From the NCBI GenBank assembly GCA_018398765.1, contig JAHBMJ010000289.1:1-51364 (forward strand): a stretch of DNA of 51,364 bases, written 5' to 3'. The notes beneath the pieces are model-generated. The model did not search any database. It was not told the origin of the DNA and was given only the letters and a program-made list of their open reading frames with translations. The DNA comes from Chromera velia. Taxonomy: Eukaryota. Below, piece by piece: positions 35,677-48,800 of this stretch. The position numbers and the translations under genes were made by a program. Each line of letters opens with the position of its first letter. Within the stretch, counting starts at the first letter, position 1.

Positions 35677-37275
35677 GGCAGGCAGGCAGGCAGTCAGGTA
35701 GACAAATGGGCAGGTAGGCAGATGGGCAGGCAGGTAGACACACAGACAAACCATATATTCTTTCTTCTTCTTTCTTTCCTTCTCTTGACTCATCGTCAAA
35801 TCGGATAGATCAGACAGACAGAGAGAAAGACGGACAGACAGATAGAGAGACAGGAGAGTCAGCAGACACACTTTAAAGGAAATCTGATTTCCTTTGCTTT
35901 TCTTTCTCCCTTTTTGCTCTTCTCTTTCCTTCTTTTGCGCACAGTGGAAGGGTACGAAAGCCTGGACAGAGCCTCAAGAGGCACCCTGCGGCTCCCCTTT
36001 CGCCCAGCGCAGGGTTGTCTTTTAAACTACGCCTCCACTTTTCTTCTATCTGAGCAAGTTCGTTTCCTTTGACACCCTTTCGTTTTAGCCTGTCAAGTAG
36101 CGTTCTCAACTAGCTGCCTTCTTCTGGGGCTCCCTTCATCCTTGATTTCTTCTTCTGGGGTTCCCCTTTCTTTTAGAGCGTATTCAGCTTTCGCCGTTTT
36201 CTCTTCTTTTTGGGTCTCTTCAGACAGAGAGACAGACAGACAGACAGACAGGCAGACAGACAGGCAAATGACAGACTACATGACTATGACTTTTTTTTTC
36301 TAGCCAGGCAAACAAAGAGGCAGAGCAATAGACACACAGGCAGCTAGACAAATGAAGGAGACGGACAGACAGACTGTGCGAGGACGTGTTTTGTCTTTCC
36401 CTTTTCAGACGGATATATGTCAAAGGGATTGCTGTATATACAGACAACCGTCTCAGCAGTCCTCAGCAGCGCAGTATGGAAAAGAGGCCATCGATGACAC
36501 ACAGTGACAACGAAAAGGACAAACACACTGACAGACGCCATGACTGAAAGAAGGCAGCCAGAGTGACGGACACTGATGTGAACAAACAGAAAGGCAGACC
36601 CAGGCGGGACTGCAGGCGGCAGGCGGACACCTCTGGACATGATTCGAGGGGCGACACTGGCTTATGAATGACAATTTTCATCAATTAGTGTTTGGAAGGC
36701 GTCTGAAACACGTCACATGTAACATCAGACGCATGCATGCGTTCATTCACTCAGAAACAAAGGTCAGTCAATAGTTACATGACCTTCTCCTTCTCTTCAA
36801 ATGCGGCCCACGCTCTCTTTGCCCAGCAATCGTCCACGAACTTTCGCATATCCCTGAGTGCCCGGCTATGATCCGCAATGATCCTCTGTTCCCTCACGTT
36901 TGCTCCGTTTCTGGACACCATGTTCGACCACGCCTCGTTGATTTCTTCCGAAGAGGCCTTCGTGAAGTCATACCGAGTAATGGATGTCTTTGGAAGGGTG
37001 CCGTAGGCAGCAGCAACGAAGGCGTCGTGGAAAGGGGGGCCTGGAACGACATTCTGGGGAGGAAGGTGCCGAAGACCGCGCGGCTGCTCTCTGAAGATTT
37101 CTCCCCGGAGTCCCATTTTGTCTTCTTTTTTCTGGACGCAATCCAACAAGTCTCTGAGCTCTGTATGCCATGCCGCATTGGGACCCGGGGGCTCCCTCTT
37201 CTGTCTGCTCCTTCCCCTCTTTCGCGAGCGAGTGGATGGACTCACAGAGCGTGGACTTTTCTTCGGAGTCGGCAT
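35000..37275 (-). pseudogene. Three-exon basic (putative nuclear) protein gene with C-to-T-type nonsense damage in exons 2-3
   Basis: Exon 1 37275-36784 is intact (MPTPKKSPRS...EEKEK|GTCATG). Exon 2 36217-35985 has in-frame TAA (36175-36173) and TAG (36112-36110). Exon 3 from 35229 has TGA TGA (35135-35130), TAA (35084-35082) and TGA (35051-35049). Splice phases match (0, then 2). Exon 1 could instead be a stand-alone 166-aa gene (36775..37275). Confidence 0.55.
35248..35830. repeat. (GAA)n followed by compound (ACAG)n microsatellite
   Basis: Read directly; fills the putative intron 2 of the pseudogene. Confidence 0.9.
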
Positions 37276-37484
37276 TGGGTTGACGTTTTCAGATCTGTAA
37301 CTTTGTGTCTCGTTCTGAAGTGTGCCAGCTCACATGTGCCTGTTGTTAGAGTCTGGGCCACCTTTCAGGACATTTGCCATGATTTTGCTTGTTCGAAAAA
37401 CGGTGTGAGATCGGATGCTTTGACACAGTGGGAGCTCTCTCTGCAGGAATGCAAAGCTGGTTCAATGCGGCTAATCAAGCAACG

Positions 37485-37724
37485 CTACATATATATATAT
37501 ATATATATAGCAAGCTTCAACTTAGTGATTCCGATCCGACGCAGCATGCATGCAGTCACGAACATTTTGTCACACGGGGACTGAATTTGTGTATGCACAC
37601 ATGCATGCATGCATGCGCGCGCACGCGCGCGAAAGAGCGCGAAATCCATGCATGCATATGCATCGATCGATATTCGCTTCTGTAAACAATGATGAATCCA
37701 TGCGTGATAGAGTCAATTGAAACC

Positions 37725-37755
<31 letters not shown>
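37485..37755. promoter_or_regulatory. Divergent promoter region: TGCATGCA repeats and two GCGCGAAA (E2F-like) sites, flanked by two (TA)n runs
   Basis: ATGCATGCATGCATGCGCGC at 37601-37620; GCGCGAAA at 37627-37634 and 37637-37644; lies between ATG 37275 (-) and ATG 38021 (+). Confidence 0.55.
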
Positions 37756-38020
37756 GAAGGAAAACACATATATACCTTCTGCAGGGCCTTCCTGGCGCAG
37801 TGATCTTTAAATTGTCGAATTTATTCACAATGACAAAGTCTCTGTCTGAAAAGCGTGACTACTTGTTTTGTGGTAATTCTTTGGGTGTGTTGTTCTGTTG
37901 TTACAGGAAGCAACTAGAATGGAATTTCGGTTGTGTTTGAACGGCACTTCACCTGTGCTTGAACGGCCTATCTGATTTACAGCTCCTGTACATGTCCGTA
38001 TCGTAACTGGAGAGGAGAAG

Positions 38021-39048
38021 ATGTTTCGAGCATTCGAATCTGAAAGGCAGGAAAAACAACACCAGAAAGAAAAAGAGGAGTACGTGTTGACTGGGCTCTC
38101 GTCATGGTTCCGTTTTGACAAGAGACAACAGACTCTTGTCAAAAAGCCCGGTATTCGGGGACTTCAAGACTTTGAGGCAAAGGGAAAGGAACAGGGAGGA
38201 ATCCAGTCTCAAGATGGGCTCAGCCTCGAGCAATTTGTCATACTGCGGGTCCCAGAGCCGTTCAGGGCGGCGCTGGCGGCTGAACTCCAGGAAGTGGCTG
38301 CGGATCTCGAAAGCGGGGGGTCCCATATGGTGGAATTCCGGATACCTCTGTTGCAGAGTATCAGAAAACGCCCTTCCGGCATGCCTGCCGAGTTTGAGCC
38401 TTTGACAAGCCAGTGGCGCACTTGGTATGTTTTTCACAAGAGAGGCCTGGGAGTCGATTGGTTCACGGAGAGGCGTCTCGTGGGGCTCCTGAGGCCGTAC
38501 CTGGATGCAGAGCTGCGGGAAGGGTGGGGAAGATACAGGGATCGTGCAGGTCGGCTGATGAAAGAAGGGAGGAAGGGAGGGAGGGGGGGGTCGACGGTCT
38601 TGAACTCGGTATCGTAGATCTATCGCGCAGTTGTCGGAGATTGTTTGTGCGTACAAGCGCATGTACACATGCATTTGGATGTTGTCTGGTTGAGGGGTCC
38701 ACGCGTTCAACCTTTCTTTGAGACAATTAGCCTTCAAGTTCCTTCCTCCTCCTTTCCCTCTGTCCGGTTGCTCTTCTTGTCTTTCCGTTTCTCTGCCTGG
38801 TTCTCTGTGCGTCTCAGTGCTTGTCGTGAATATTTCGTGCATTTGACGATTCGATCGACCCGGCGTCTGCAGACAGGGAATATTACTGGAACGAGCTCTC
38901 AGGGGAATCTCGGTGGAATCATCCTGATCATGGGCTCTTCCTTCAACTGGTGAGTTGATTGGCCGGAGGTATACATAGGTGGGCTTGATCGCGGTCTTGA
39001 GTAAAAGGCTCACTTCCTCCCTCCGTCATTGTATGTGTATGAGTGTAT

Positions 39049-39113
<65 letters not shown>

Positions 39114-39755
39114 GACCGTTGTTGTCACCTGAGCTCTTAGTGACAGAAATTCATAAGTGGAGGTGAATGAATGTATTTCTTATTTGGTTTCCAATGCCCG
39201 TGCCGGTGGAGACGGAAGTTCAGTCTGAAGACGAGACGAAGACTGTATTAACAAATGGTGGGCGACGACAAGATGGACACTCACAAAACTCGATTGATGA
39301 AATCTTTCTTTTCCTCCCTCCCTCCCCTCCTCACTGCAGAGAGACCTCTGGCGACAGCTCCTACCAGTTCCTTCCTTTTCGCTTTCGTCCCCCCCGTCTC
39401 CTCCCGCCCGCTTTGAGTCCTCTCCCTTGGCGGCCTTTGCCAATGAACGCCTCCACACCCTTCTGGGGACAATAGAGACAGAGCTCCACTCGTGGAGGGG
39501 TCCCTTCGAGACGCCGTCTCCGAATGAGAACACCAACACAGAGAGAGACGGGGAGACGGAGACGACAGTTGCGTTCGTCCACTCGGAGACGGGGGAGACG
39601 GTCTACTCGAGAGATCCGAGGGAGACTCTCAAGAGGCAAATGCAGTGGGCCAGGGAAATTGGCACAGCGTCAGTCAGTCAGTCAGTCAGTCAGACAGAGA
39701 ACAGACAGACAGTCAGTAATTCAGACAGACAGACAGACTGACAGACAGACAGACC

Positions 39756-39791
<36 letters not shown>

Positions 39792-42718
39792 GTCAGACAG
39801 ACAGACAGACAGACAGACAGACAGTCAGACAGTCTGTTACTCTAGCTAGGCCAATGGGTCCGTCAGTCTGGCAGTCCATGAAGTGCTGTTCTTGTATGAG
39901 CCAACGTCTTTCATCTTTTTGATTGATTGATTGATAGATATATAGATAGATAGACAGACAGACAGATACACTCTCAGCTTTTTGCACCGAGCGGCCGTCT
40001 CCTCTTCCCGCGTTGCTTAGCACTTGACGGCTGATCGCTCTTCTGGAATCTGGGCGGCAATATTTCTCTGGCCCTCTTTTATTTGACACCCTTGTCAAGC
40101 ATTTGTTTCTGTCTCAATTATTGCCTGCTTCCGTCTGTCCCCCTCCGACCACGCATGCAGAATTCCTTCGCAGATTCGCGAGAGACAGGAAGAAGCAGCG
40201 ACAGTGATCCAAAAATTCGTCAGAGGAGAGAAGGTGAGAGAAGCCGTGGGCGTGCAGCGAGTCCGTGTGTTCGTTTCCTCGTTGCCGCCAGAGAGTCTTC
40301 ATTCTTCTCTGCTCGGGTCTCTGGGGTTTGGAGACCAACGGAGAGGGCGGGGGGGGAGGGCTGTAAATGGGGGAAGCAGGGAAGGGGAAAGGGAGTGGGA
40401 CAGGGACCCCGCGAGAGACGGAAGGAAGAACGGGTTAGATCACAAGGGATCGCCCCCAAGCTCTGCCAGCAGATCGCCCACTGCCTCTGAGGGTCCTCTT
40501 TCTTCGAGAAGAGACAGAGAAGAGGGAGAAGGAGGAAGAGAAAGGGGTGGATTGGGAGACGGAGAGGAGGACGTGATCGTGCCCACATTGGAGGAGTTGG
40601 CGGCACTTCCACGCCAACGTCTCCTCTGGTATATTCTCAACGACAGGGGGTTGGCCTTGATGCAAGACTCCGACCCTGAGGAGAATAGAGGAGGCGACGG
40701 AGAGGGGGGGAGAGAAGACCAGGGGGGGGGATTTGACCCAACAGAGGAGGATAGAGGGCTGATGTGGATCTTCTACAAACACCTCAGCGTTCCCATTAGG
40801 GGCGGCTGGAGATTCGGGGACCTGGAGGAGAGTGGAGGTCGGTTTCCTTGAGTTGCAGGCAGGCATACAAACAGACACATGCACCTACACACACACACAC
40901 ACCTACCTACACACACACACACACACACGGTCACACACACATGGAGAGAGAGAGAAAGAGAAAGAGAGAGGGAGAGAGGTGCCGGGGTTATTGCCAGTTT
41001 GGCTTTATTTCCGGTTCGTAAAGTTTTCTTGGTCTCGCCCTTGATCGGTTCCAAGGTTCACTCCAACACTTCTTATTTTCTCTTCACCTACCGTTCTTCC
41101 TCCCTCGTTCACAGCCGGCCCCCTGTTCATCCCCCCGGAGGCTCTGGTCTCAGAGCTGCCAGAGGAGGAGCGGCCCGACGGCTGGACCCACCCCGACGAG
41201 GGCCTCCTTCTTGACGTTCTCGCTCTCTGGAGACAGGCTCAGGCAGAGGGAGAGGGCACGGAGGGGGGCACAAGGGGGGCACTCGGCAGCCTGTTTGCTG
41301 AGTGGAGGGCAGCTTTTGCTGCGCGCATTCAGAGCGTGGAGGGGAATGACGAAATGGAAGGAGTAAGGTCAGCCTGTTTGCGTCCTCGAAAAACTTCATT
41401 TTCATACAAGTCTCTACAAAGCCCACAGAATTCTCCTCATTACTGCAATGCTCCACGCGTCCGCAGCCACCCTTGTTTTTACTCAATGCAGATCCAAAAT
41501 GAAGTTAGGCAGACGGATCTGAAAGGGGAGTCTTACAACACCAGAAGTGGCAAACCTCAACAATAGCACCTACAGTGCGCACTTTCTCGTTCCCGCTGTC
41601 TGCTTTGGCTCTCTCTCTTTCTGTCTCTGTCTCTAATTCTCCCTGTGATTCTTCAATGATGTCAGTACATTTTCTCTGGAAATTTTTGTGATGCTTCCTT
41701 CAAATGCACGCAGAGAAGGACTGGAGCGCCAGCGTGAGGTGATAGAGAGCATGGAGAGGCAGTTGCACGCCCTCCTGTCCCTCCTACCCCCCGACCGTGA
41801 GGGCGAGGGGGGGGACGGGGGCTCTCCATCAAGGGGGGGAAGGGGAAGAAAGTTTCAGAGGGGCGTCTCCTGGGGTCAGGACAAGTTTTTGTACGTCGAG
41901 GCCAGGGACAAGAGGGGGGGCAGAGAAAGGGGAAAGGGGGGGGACGGGAAGGGACAAAAGGGAACGGACGATTTGGACGCAGCAGCGCGGCGCGTCCAGG
42001 GGGCTTGGAGGAGACGGCAGACCCGAAATAGAAGCGGGACAGACGAGGAGACGCAGGGACACACAGATGCGGTCAGTCAGAGAGTGCATGCAATCTAGGT
42101 ATACACGCTTGAGTTTGTTGAAAACTTTTTGAGCGTGTTTGAGTGTTCTCTTCCAGGTGGCATTTTATTTTCTCTACTTCTGCATGTAGAAATTCCTGCT
42201 TGGATGATGCATTTGTCCGTGTGTACCACTTTTTCTATATCTCGTTTCTTCCGTCTTTATCTCTCGTCGCATTTGAGTCTATTCTGTCAATCCTTCCTTC
42301 TCTTTCTCGCGTCGTGGTTCTACTTGTGTCTGCAGAACTCCCTCTATGGTTCCGAAGGGGGGCAGGCGTTGATGAGAATGATCGGGAAGGTCCGATGTTT
42401 GTCTGGATGTATGCTTGCTGGTTCTTCTTTCCTCTAGCTGTTGCTATGCTTGTGACTACAAGATGGCCTTCCTTTTTGACAGCCGGTTTGTAGGACAAAT
42501 TGCTGGCGTGTTCTAGTCCCACGATGTCTCTGTGGGTGTTTACGGTTTCTGAATAGACGATCTTGCAAGGCTCTGTGGTTTACATAAGGAGATGAGACAA
42601 AGAGCATCGCCTCCTCTCAATTGTCCCTCTTGATTCTTTCTTGCCTTTTTTTCTTTCTTTCTTTCTTTCTTTCTTTTTTTTTTTTTTCTTTCTTTCTTTC
42701 TTTCTTTCTTTCTTTTTT

Positions 42719-42780
<62 letters not shown>

Positions 42781-42860
42781 TCCTTGCTTCTTTCTTTCTT
42801 TCTTTCTTTCTTTCTTTTTTTCTTTCTTTTTTTCTTTCTTTCTTTCTTGCTTGCTTTCCT

Positions 42861-42891
<31 letters not shown>

Positions 42892-45800
42892 CTCTTTCTT
42901 TCTTTCTTTCTTTCTTTCTCTTTCTCTTTTTCTTTTTCTTTTTCTTTTTCTTTTTCTTTTTCTCTTTCTTTCTTTCTTTCTTTCTTTATTTATTTATTTA
43001 TTTATTTATTTATTTCTGTAGGCATGTAATTCTCTCTCCACCTGCCGAACTCTCATATGACTCCTGTGCCCTTCTGTTTGCTTTGCAGCAATTTGAAGTC
43101 GTCAAGCAAGTCCTGAGAAGTGCCAGCAGAATGATGATGACAAAGGTCAGTCAAAGAGGCAGATCAAAGAGTGGAAAGGGGGAGAGGGAGGGAAAGAAGG
43201 GCGTCTCTCTACGTGTCTCCCGTTTCTTGTCGTTGTTATTTTTCAGGGTTTCGACTTTTCTCGTCCACCGGATGTTCGAAGGAAAGAGCCAGAATCTCTC
43301 GATCGATATTTCGTTTCTGCAGGACGAGGGTCAACCTGTCCCAGATCCCCACAGAGAGATGGGTGTCCACTCTGACATGGACCATTTCCAAGAGGACTCA
43401 ATGACCTCACCCCCCTGTCCCGACTGTCCTGTGCACGGAGCCGTTGCAACTGGTCATGGAAGTCCTGCCAGATTCTCCTGGGGGGACGGAAGCTCCTCAC
43501 CTGATTTTCCAAAGTCTGCACCTGCCCCCGGCTCCTCCCCCTCTCAGTCTGCCTCCCGTGCGGACTCGAGGCACGGAAGCCCGAGCAGAGCGGGGGGGGC
43601 GGACAGGGACAGGGAGAAGGAGGAGATGGTCGCAGAGCTGGCAGAGATAGAGGCCTTCAGAAGTGGGGATGCGTACGGACTTTCAAAAGCCGACTGGTGT
43701 GTGGAGGCCACCAGTGCCGCAGAGAATAAGGCACAGGCGGCAGGGAAAGTCGAAACCATCCGGAATGGTGGGATGACAAGCGCGGCTGCGATGACGGGAG
43801 CCTTTGCAGACCTCCGACGGGCCGAGCTAACCCTTCATCATTGGCAATCGAGGAGACGGAATGGAAATGGGGGTCTGGAGAAACAACGTTCGGGTCCTTC
43901 TGCTTCATCCCTCACGCAGGGCACGCTCACGGAGGCGCGGTGTGAGGTTCTATCCTTGAACACCTTCGCGATGCTGCATCGAAAGCAGGGAAGGCTGCAC
44001 ACTGCCTACAAGTACTTGAGAAAGGCGTTGGCACTCGAACAGGTACGTCGTCTGCTTGATGGATTTGTCTTGTAAAGCGTTCGCTGTGACTGTTTTCTTG
44101 CTGCCTCTATCACCACACTAGTTTTGCACGGGGGGGATTTCAATTGGGTGATCAGTCAGCGTGGAAGACAACAAGTGGAGGGAGCAGAATTTCCTAAACG
44201 GATATTCAAAATGACGTTCGCTACCGTCCTTCCTTTCATGGCAGTTTCGAAGGCAAAAAGACGAGGAGAAGCGATCAATTCACTTTTTTCATGCAACTAA
44301 ATGTACCCGAGATTTTCTCCTACGCAACTGGATTCAGATGTACTTGCGCAAACCCAACCTTTGAAAGTAAAACTCTGAATGCAGACAGTGGCCTCCCACG
44401 CACTCCGGGAGCTTATAGAAAGGCGCGCGTCGCTTCTCAGAGAGTGTGGGCAGGCAGATCCTCTTGACGCTGCACACGCACAGCAGGGAGGGGAGGAAGA
44501 AGAAGAAGAGATGGAGTGTCCGGTCCACCCGAGGCCAAGGGGAGGGGGGGCAGAGGGGATGTCGGCAAGGGACGCTGTGTACTCGGAAGGCATGAGTGTG
44601 GACAGAGAGAGAGACTCGTGTTCTGAGTGTCCAGTGCATGGGAGGCAGCAGACCAGCGTGCGTGTGGGAGAGGAAGATCAGTGGAATGCTGGACAGACAT
44701 TCATCACTCAGGCTCCTCACCATCCGGGAGGGGAGTTTGGTTCAGCATTCTCACCCGCCTCTCCTGCTGTGGCTTTTGCCAATCCCCCGAGAGGGAACGA
44801 GGGGGGCATCATGTCAGGGGAGAGGGGGGCAAAGGGATGCTGTCCGCCTGCCTCAGCGCTGGCTCTGTGCTCCTCCGCCACCTCCGCCTCTTTTGTTCTC
44901 CTCGCACAGACGCGACTGAACACGGCGTCGGTGGTTTCGGGTCTGAGAAGGTTAGCTTGACTTTTGGTCGGGAATTTGCTTGTGTATTTTGAGGTCCGCG
45001 AACTGATACACTCCATTTTTGTTTTTCATGTTGTTTTGTTGGACCCAATTCATTTGGACGCCCATGCAACTACTGACTGCATCAACTGTGTATTTGGTAA
45101 ATGATGATGCGATGATGCAGACACCCGGAGGCCCTCCACCACACGTTGTTTGCCCTCCAGATCCTCCGAGCAGCCATGGACCCTCCTGAAGCTGTGCGAC
45201 TCCTCGGGCTCTCCTCTCTGCTTGCGCCCCGCTTGGGTGTACGGGGGGGGCCTGAGGTTCTGTTTGGGAACTCCCGGCCCCTGACGGGTCTCTCCGGTGC
45301 GATGTCTCATGTGACACCGGAAGAACTCAATATGGATCCCCTCTGCGACAGCTGGGCGGCAGAGGTCGTCACTGCAGCTTTTCGAAGGGACAAATTTCGA
45401 ACTGATTTCGTCAGTCAGTTAGTCAGTCACCCGTTTTGCAGGGACACAGCGCCAATATAGAGAAATCCCTTTTCAAATTTTGGTCATTCTTCTTTTCTCC
45501 TGATGTCAGCTTGCAATTACAGTTCCTTGAAGCTAGGCAGGTTTTCAGAACCGATCAAAGTACGAGAGCCTCTGTCTCTTCTTACTTGACAATGAAACGT
45601 CGCTTCCTTCCATCATTCGGTTTCTTTATGTCCTTTCAATCTCCCCCTCATTCGCTTCTGTTCTTCTTTCTGCAGAGTCTCACGGTGGTCGCCGCAGTCC
45701 GTTCCGTTGGTCAGTCCCTCCCTCCCTCCCTCCCTCCCTCCCTCGCTCTTCCGTTGAATGAATGGATGTATCGACACGTAGTCTCTTCCTCTCTGCCCCG

Positions 45801-48800
45801 CCCCTTCGCCTTTTGCTGTTGTGCACACCACCGACAAGATTCTTCTCTGATGCGAGGACAACACATGGTCGCGTCCGTCCTGACCCGTAGTACCGAGGCC
45901 TCAGTCAGAGCCTGCATGAAGGTTTCTATTTCCTCACTGAATTACCCGTGCGTTCATTCTCCTCTCCCTTCCTCTTCGTTGATGCAGCCGTGGAGTGTGA
46001 GTATCTGATGGACTCCGAACTCGCAGCTGCGTGTTATGAGGGGGCGGAGAGGTTTGGGAGGTCAGTTTCTTCTTTGGGTTTCTTCTCGTTCCTTTGTTTG
46101 GCACCTTTTGCTTTTTTGTTTCACTTGCTTCCCTCTCTTCTTTGTTCAAGCCTTCGTTTACTGGTCATGATATCTACGTCTAACGCCACAAGCAAAAAAC
46201 GGTGCTAAATTGCGGAAGCAGCTTTGATGAAGACATCGAGAAAGAGCGTTACGGGTAGCGCTGGAGGATCAGGACCTGATGGGGGAAGCCGCAATATAGA
46301 TGCCTCCTTGACTTTGTAAGAGTCAGATGAAGCCGTATGTATCCCTGAACTACATGAAATGCTCGCCAATATTCTTTCCCCCTCTTTTCCTCTCTATATT
46401 GATGCACAAACGTCGATCTGTCTTCTCCCTTCAGCACCTTCCTTCCGGACGACGACGCAATGCTGGCTGCTTGTAGACAGGCTCTTCATGACCTTCGGTA
46501 GGTTCTTGTTGATGACACTCATTGCTCTGCATGCGTCCCCTGCGCTTTTGCGCGTGTCGCGTCTTTCTTCACGAAAGAAAACAAAAGGACACCGCTTCGT
46601 CCTGCTCAAGTCCTCATCTTATTTCGAGAATGCGGACACAAATGAAGGCCTAGTGACAGAGAAGAAGAAAAGGAGAGTAGTAAAATGTATAAGAAGGCAC
46701 ATAGAACATCCAAAACAAACTCCGAGGCATTCAGCACACACAAAGCCGGTCTTTCTCTTCTCTATTCCACAGCCTCGTACACACTCTTTCAGACCGCCCG
46801 CTGTTGCACTGACCCACAGTTGTGATGTGCATTATTCCCTCTGGCCGACGATGTCCGGTTCATGCATGCAGGGCTGACGACAGACAGCGTCGGCAGGCGA
46901 TGTGGGGGAAGCGCAACCACGAAGGCCAAGGTCCCAGTTGTGCCGCCTCCACTCACTCAGGGCCCCCCGAGACGGAAAGGGGAGACCTTCAGGACCCACC
47001 ACCTCCCACTGCTCCTGCGCCTACCGCAGAGTGTCCGGCCAGAGTTGCTTTTTCTTCTCAGCCCGCAGTTTATGAGAGAGACCTGGCGAGTCCGAGAGAA
47101 AAGGACGACCACCCCTTAGGAAGAGAAGAGGATGAGAAGGGGGCGACAATTCGATTGCTGTCGGAGTACGGGGGTGAGGGGGGGAGGAACGGAGGCGGCG
47201 TGCTGAATCAAAGTGGTGTGGAGGGACTACGAAAGGTGTCAATGAGCATGCCGAGTCTTGGGGGGTCTGCACTTCGGCCTGTGGGGGGCAGTGCAAAGAA
47301 GAAAAAACACAAACAGAAAATGCATACGGACGAAAGGCGTCGACCAGAAGTGCCCCTTTTGGTCAGTGACTCTTTGCCCTTCGTTTGTGCCTTCAGTCTG
47401 TCTTGATATCTCTGCCTCGTTCGCCTCTCTTCTGATTCCCCCTGGTTCTCCGATGGGGTTTTTGAACCTGATCGTTTGTTCCTTCTCTCCAACTCTGCTT
47501 GCCTGGTTTAATTTCCTTCCCTCTTGATCTCTTCCTGTTCCTCCTGCAGCCTCTGGAGAGTGCGTTTGAGCGAATCAGAAAGAAACACCTGGACCAGAGA
47601 CTCGTCAGTCTACCAGTCTGCCTGCCTGCCTGTCCATTGAACTACCGGATGAATTGAACGGTTGTAGGGCCATCTCATTGGATGCACGCATTCATTTCAA
47701 ATTGAAGAGAGACTTACATCGTCTGGGGGGGGGGAGGCGGTTCTTCTTTCTCTTGATTGATTGAGCACCCTGTCCCTTTCTCTTGTGTGTTGCAGTACGT
47801 TCGCGACACGTTCACGAACTCGGACATCTCGGAACTCCGCTGTAGCCACTGGACCCTCTCCCGTCTGCGGACTGCAGACAGAGACGCCAGGGCCAAACAG
47901 GAGTACATGGACAGGTCAGAGAGTGAGTGAGTAGAGAATGAAGGAAGGAGAAAGGCCTAGCTGCCCGTAATTGTTCGTCCGACCAGCTTCCCTCTGCCAG
48001 TTCATCAACCAGTCGCTGCACTTCTCGATGACCTCGCATGTGCGTGCAGGCAGAGAGAGTTCACTCCGAAGACGAAGGCCGAGAAACAAGCGGCCCAAGG
48101 GTCAGTTCGATCGAGTGCATGGGAAGGGGTGGATTCAAGCAGACTGAGCGTTGCAGTGCATGCCGATAGAGATGAAAACAAAAGACAATCTAGAACTTGT
48201 GACGCGAAGAAAGAAATCAGACGACCTAGCTAAGACAATTCGTCTCTCCAAAGACCGCGTGTGAGGATGAGGTTTTTTTTCGTCTGGATCTACTTATTTT
48301 GCTTATCAGGATTTGCTGACTTCATTGCGCTCACAGACTTCCAGTTCTTCACTTTCAGAGAGTCAGCCAGCTGGCGAAAATCGATTCTGCCTGTCTGGCC
48401 TTTCCTCTTTATCTTTTCCGTGGATTTGCAACCGCTCTGTCTCCTCACTTCTCTCACCTCCCCGGTTTGAATCTAGCAGGCGACCTCGCAGTGAGTCCCC
48501 AGATGCGAACAACCTGAGGGGCCTCTCTGCCCGTCTCGTGTACACTCAAGACAGACTCGCAGAGGCTACCGGACTGCAAAGGGACATGGACGTCAACTTC
48601 AAACCGTCAGTCAGCCTGCTTACATGCAGTCGTTTCTTTTTCTCAGTCATACTGTCAACCTGCAACATTTCGTTCACAATGACCTACATGCCTTTTTTTT
48701 TCGTCTCTGCATTTTCTTGTTCACATATTGTCTCCCTACATGCAAAGAAATTAGTGCTCAAAAGTGCTGTGCTCCACCTGCATTTCGATTCCTTCCTGCG

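Noticed and set aside
35985..36217. In-frame TAA/TAG as evidence of a ciliate-like code (UAR = Gln)
   Set aside because: About 5,000 modelled codons in the two large genes contain no in-frame TAA/TAG, and TGA stops also appear in the next exon; mutational decay explains it better.
42621..43088. Hydrophobic N-terminus of the 484-aa ORF
   Set aside because: Intronic (TTTC)n tract; the real exons start at 43089 and 43323.
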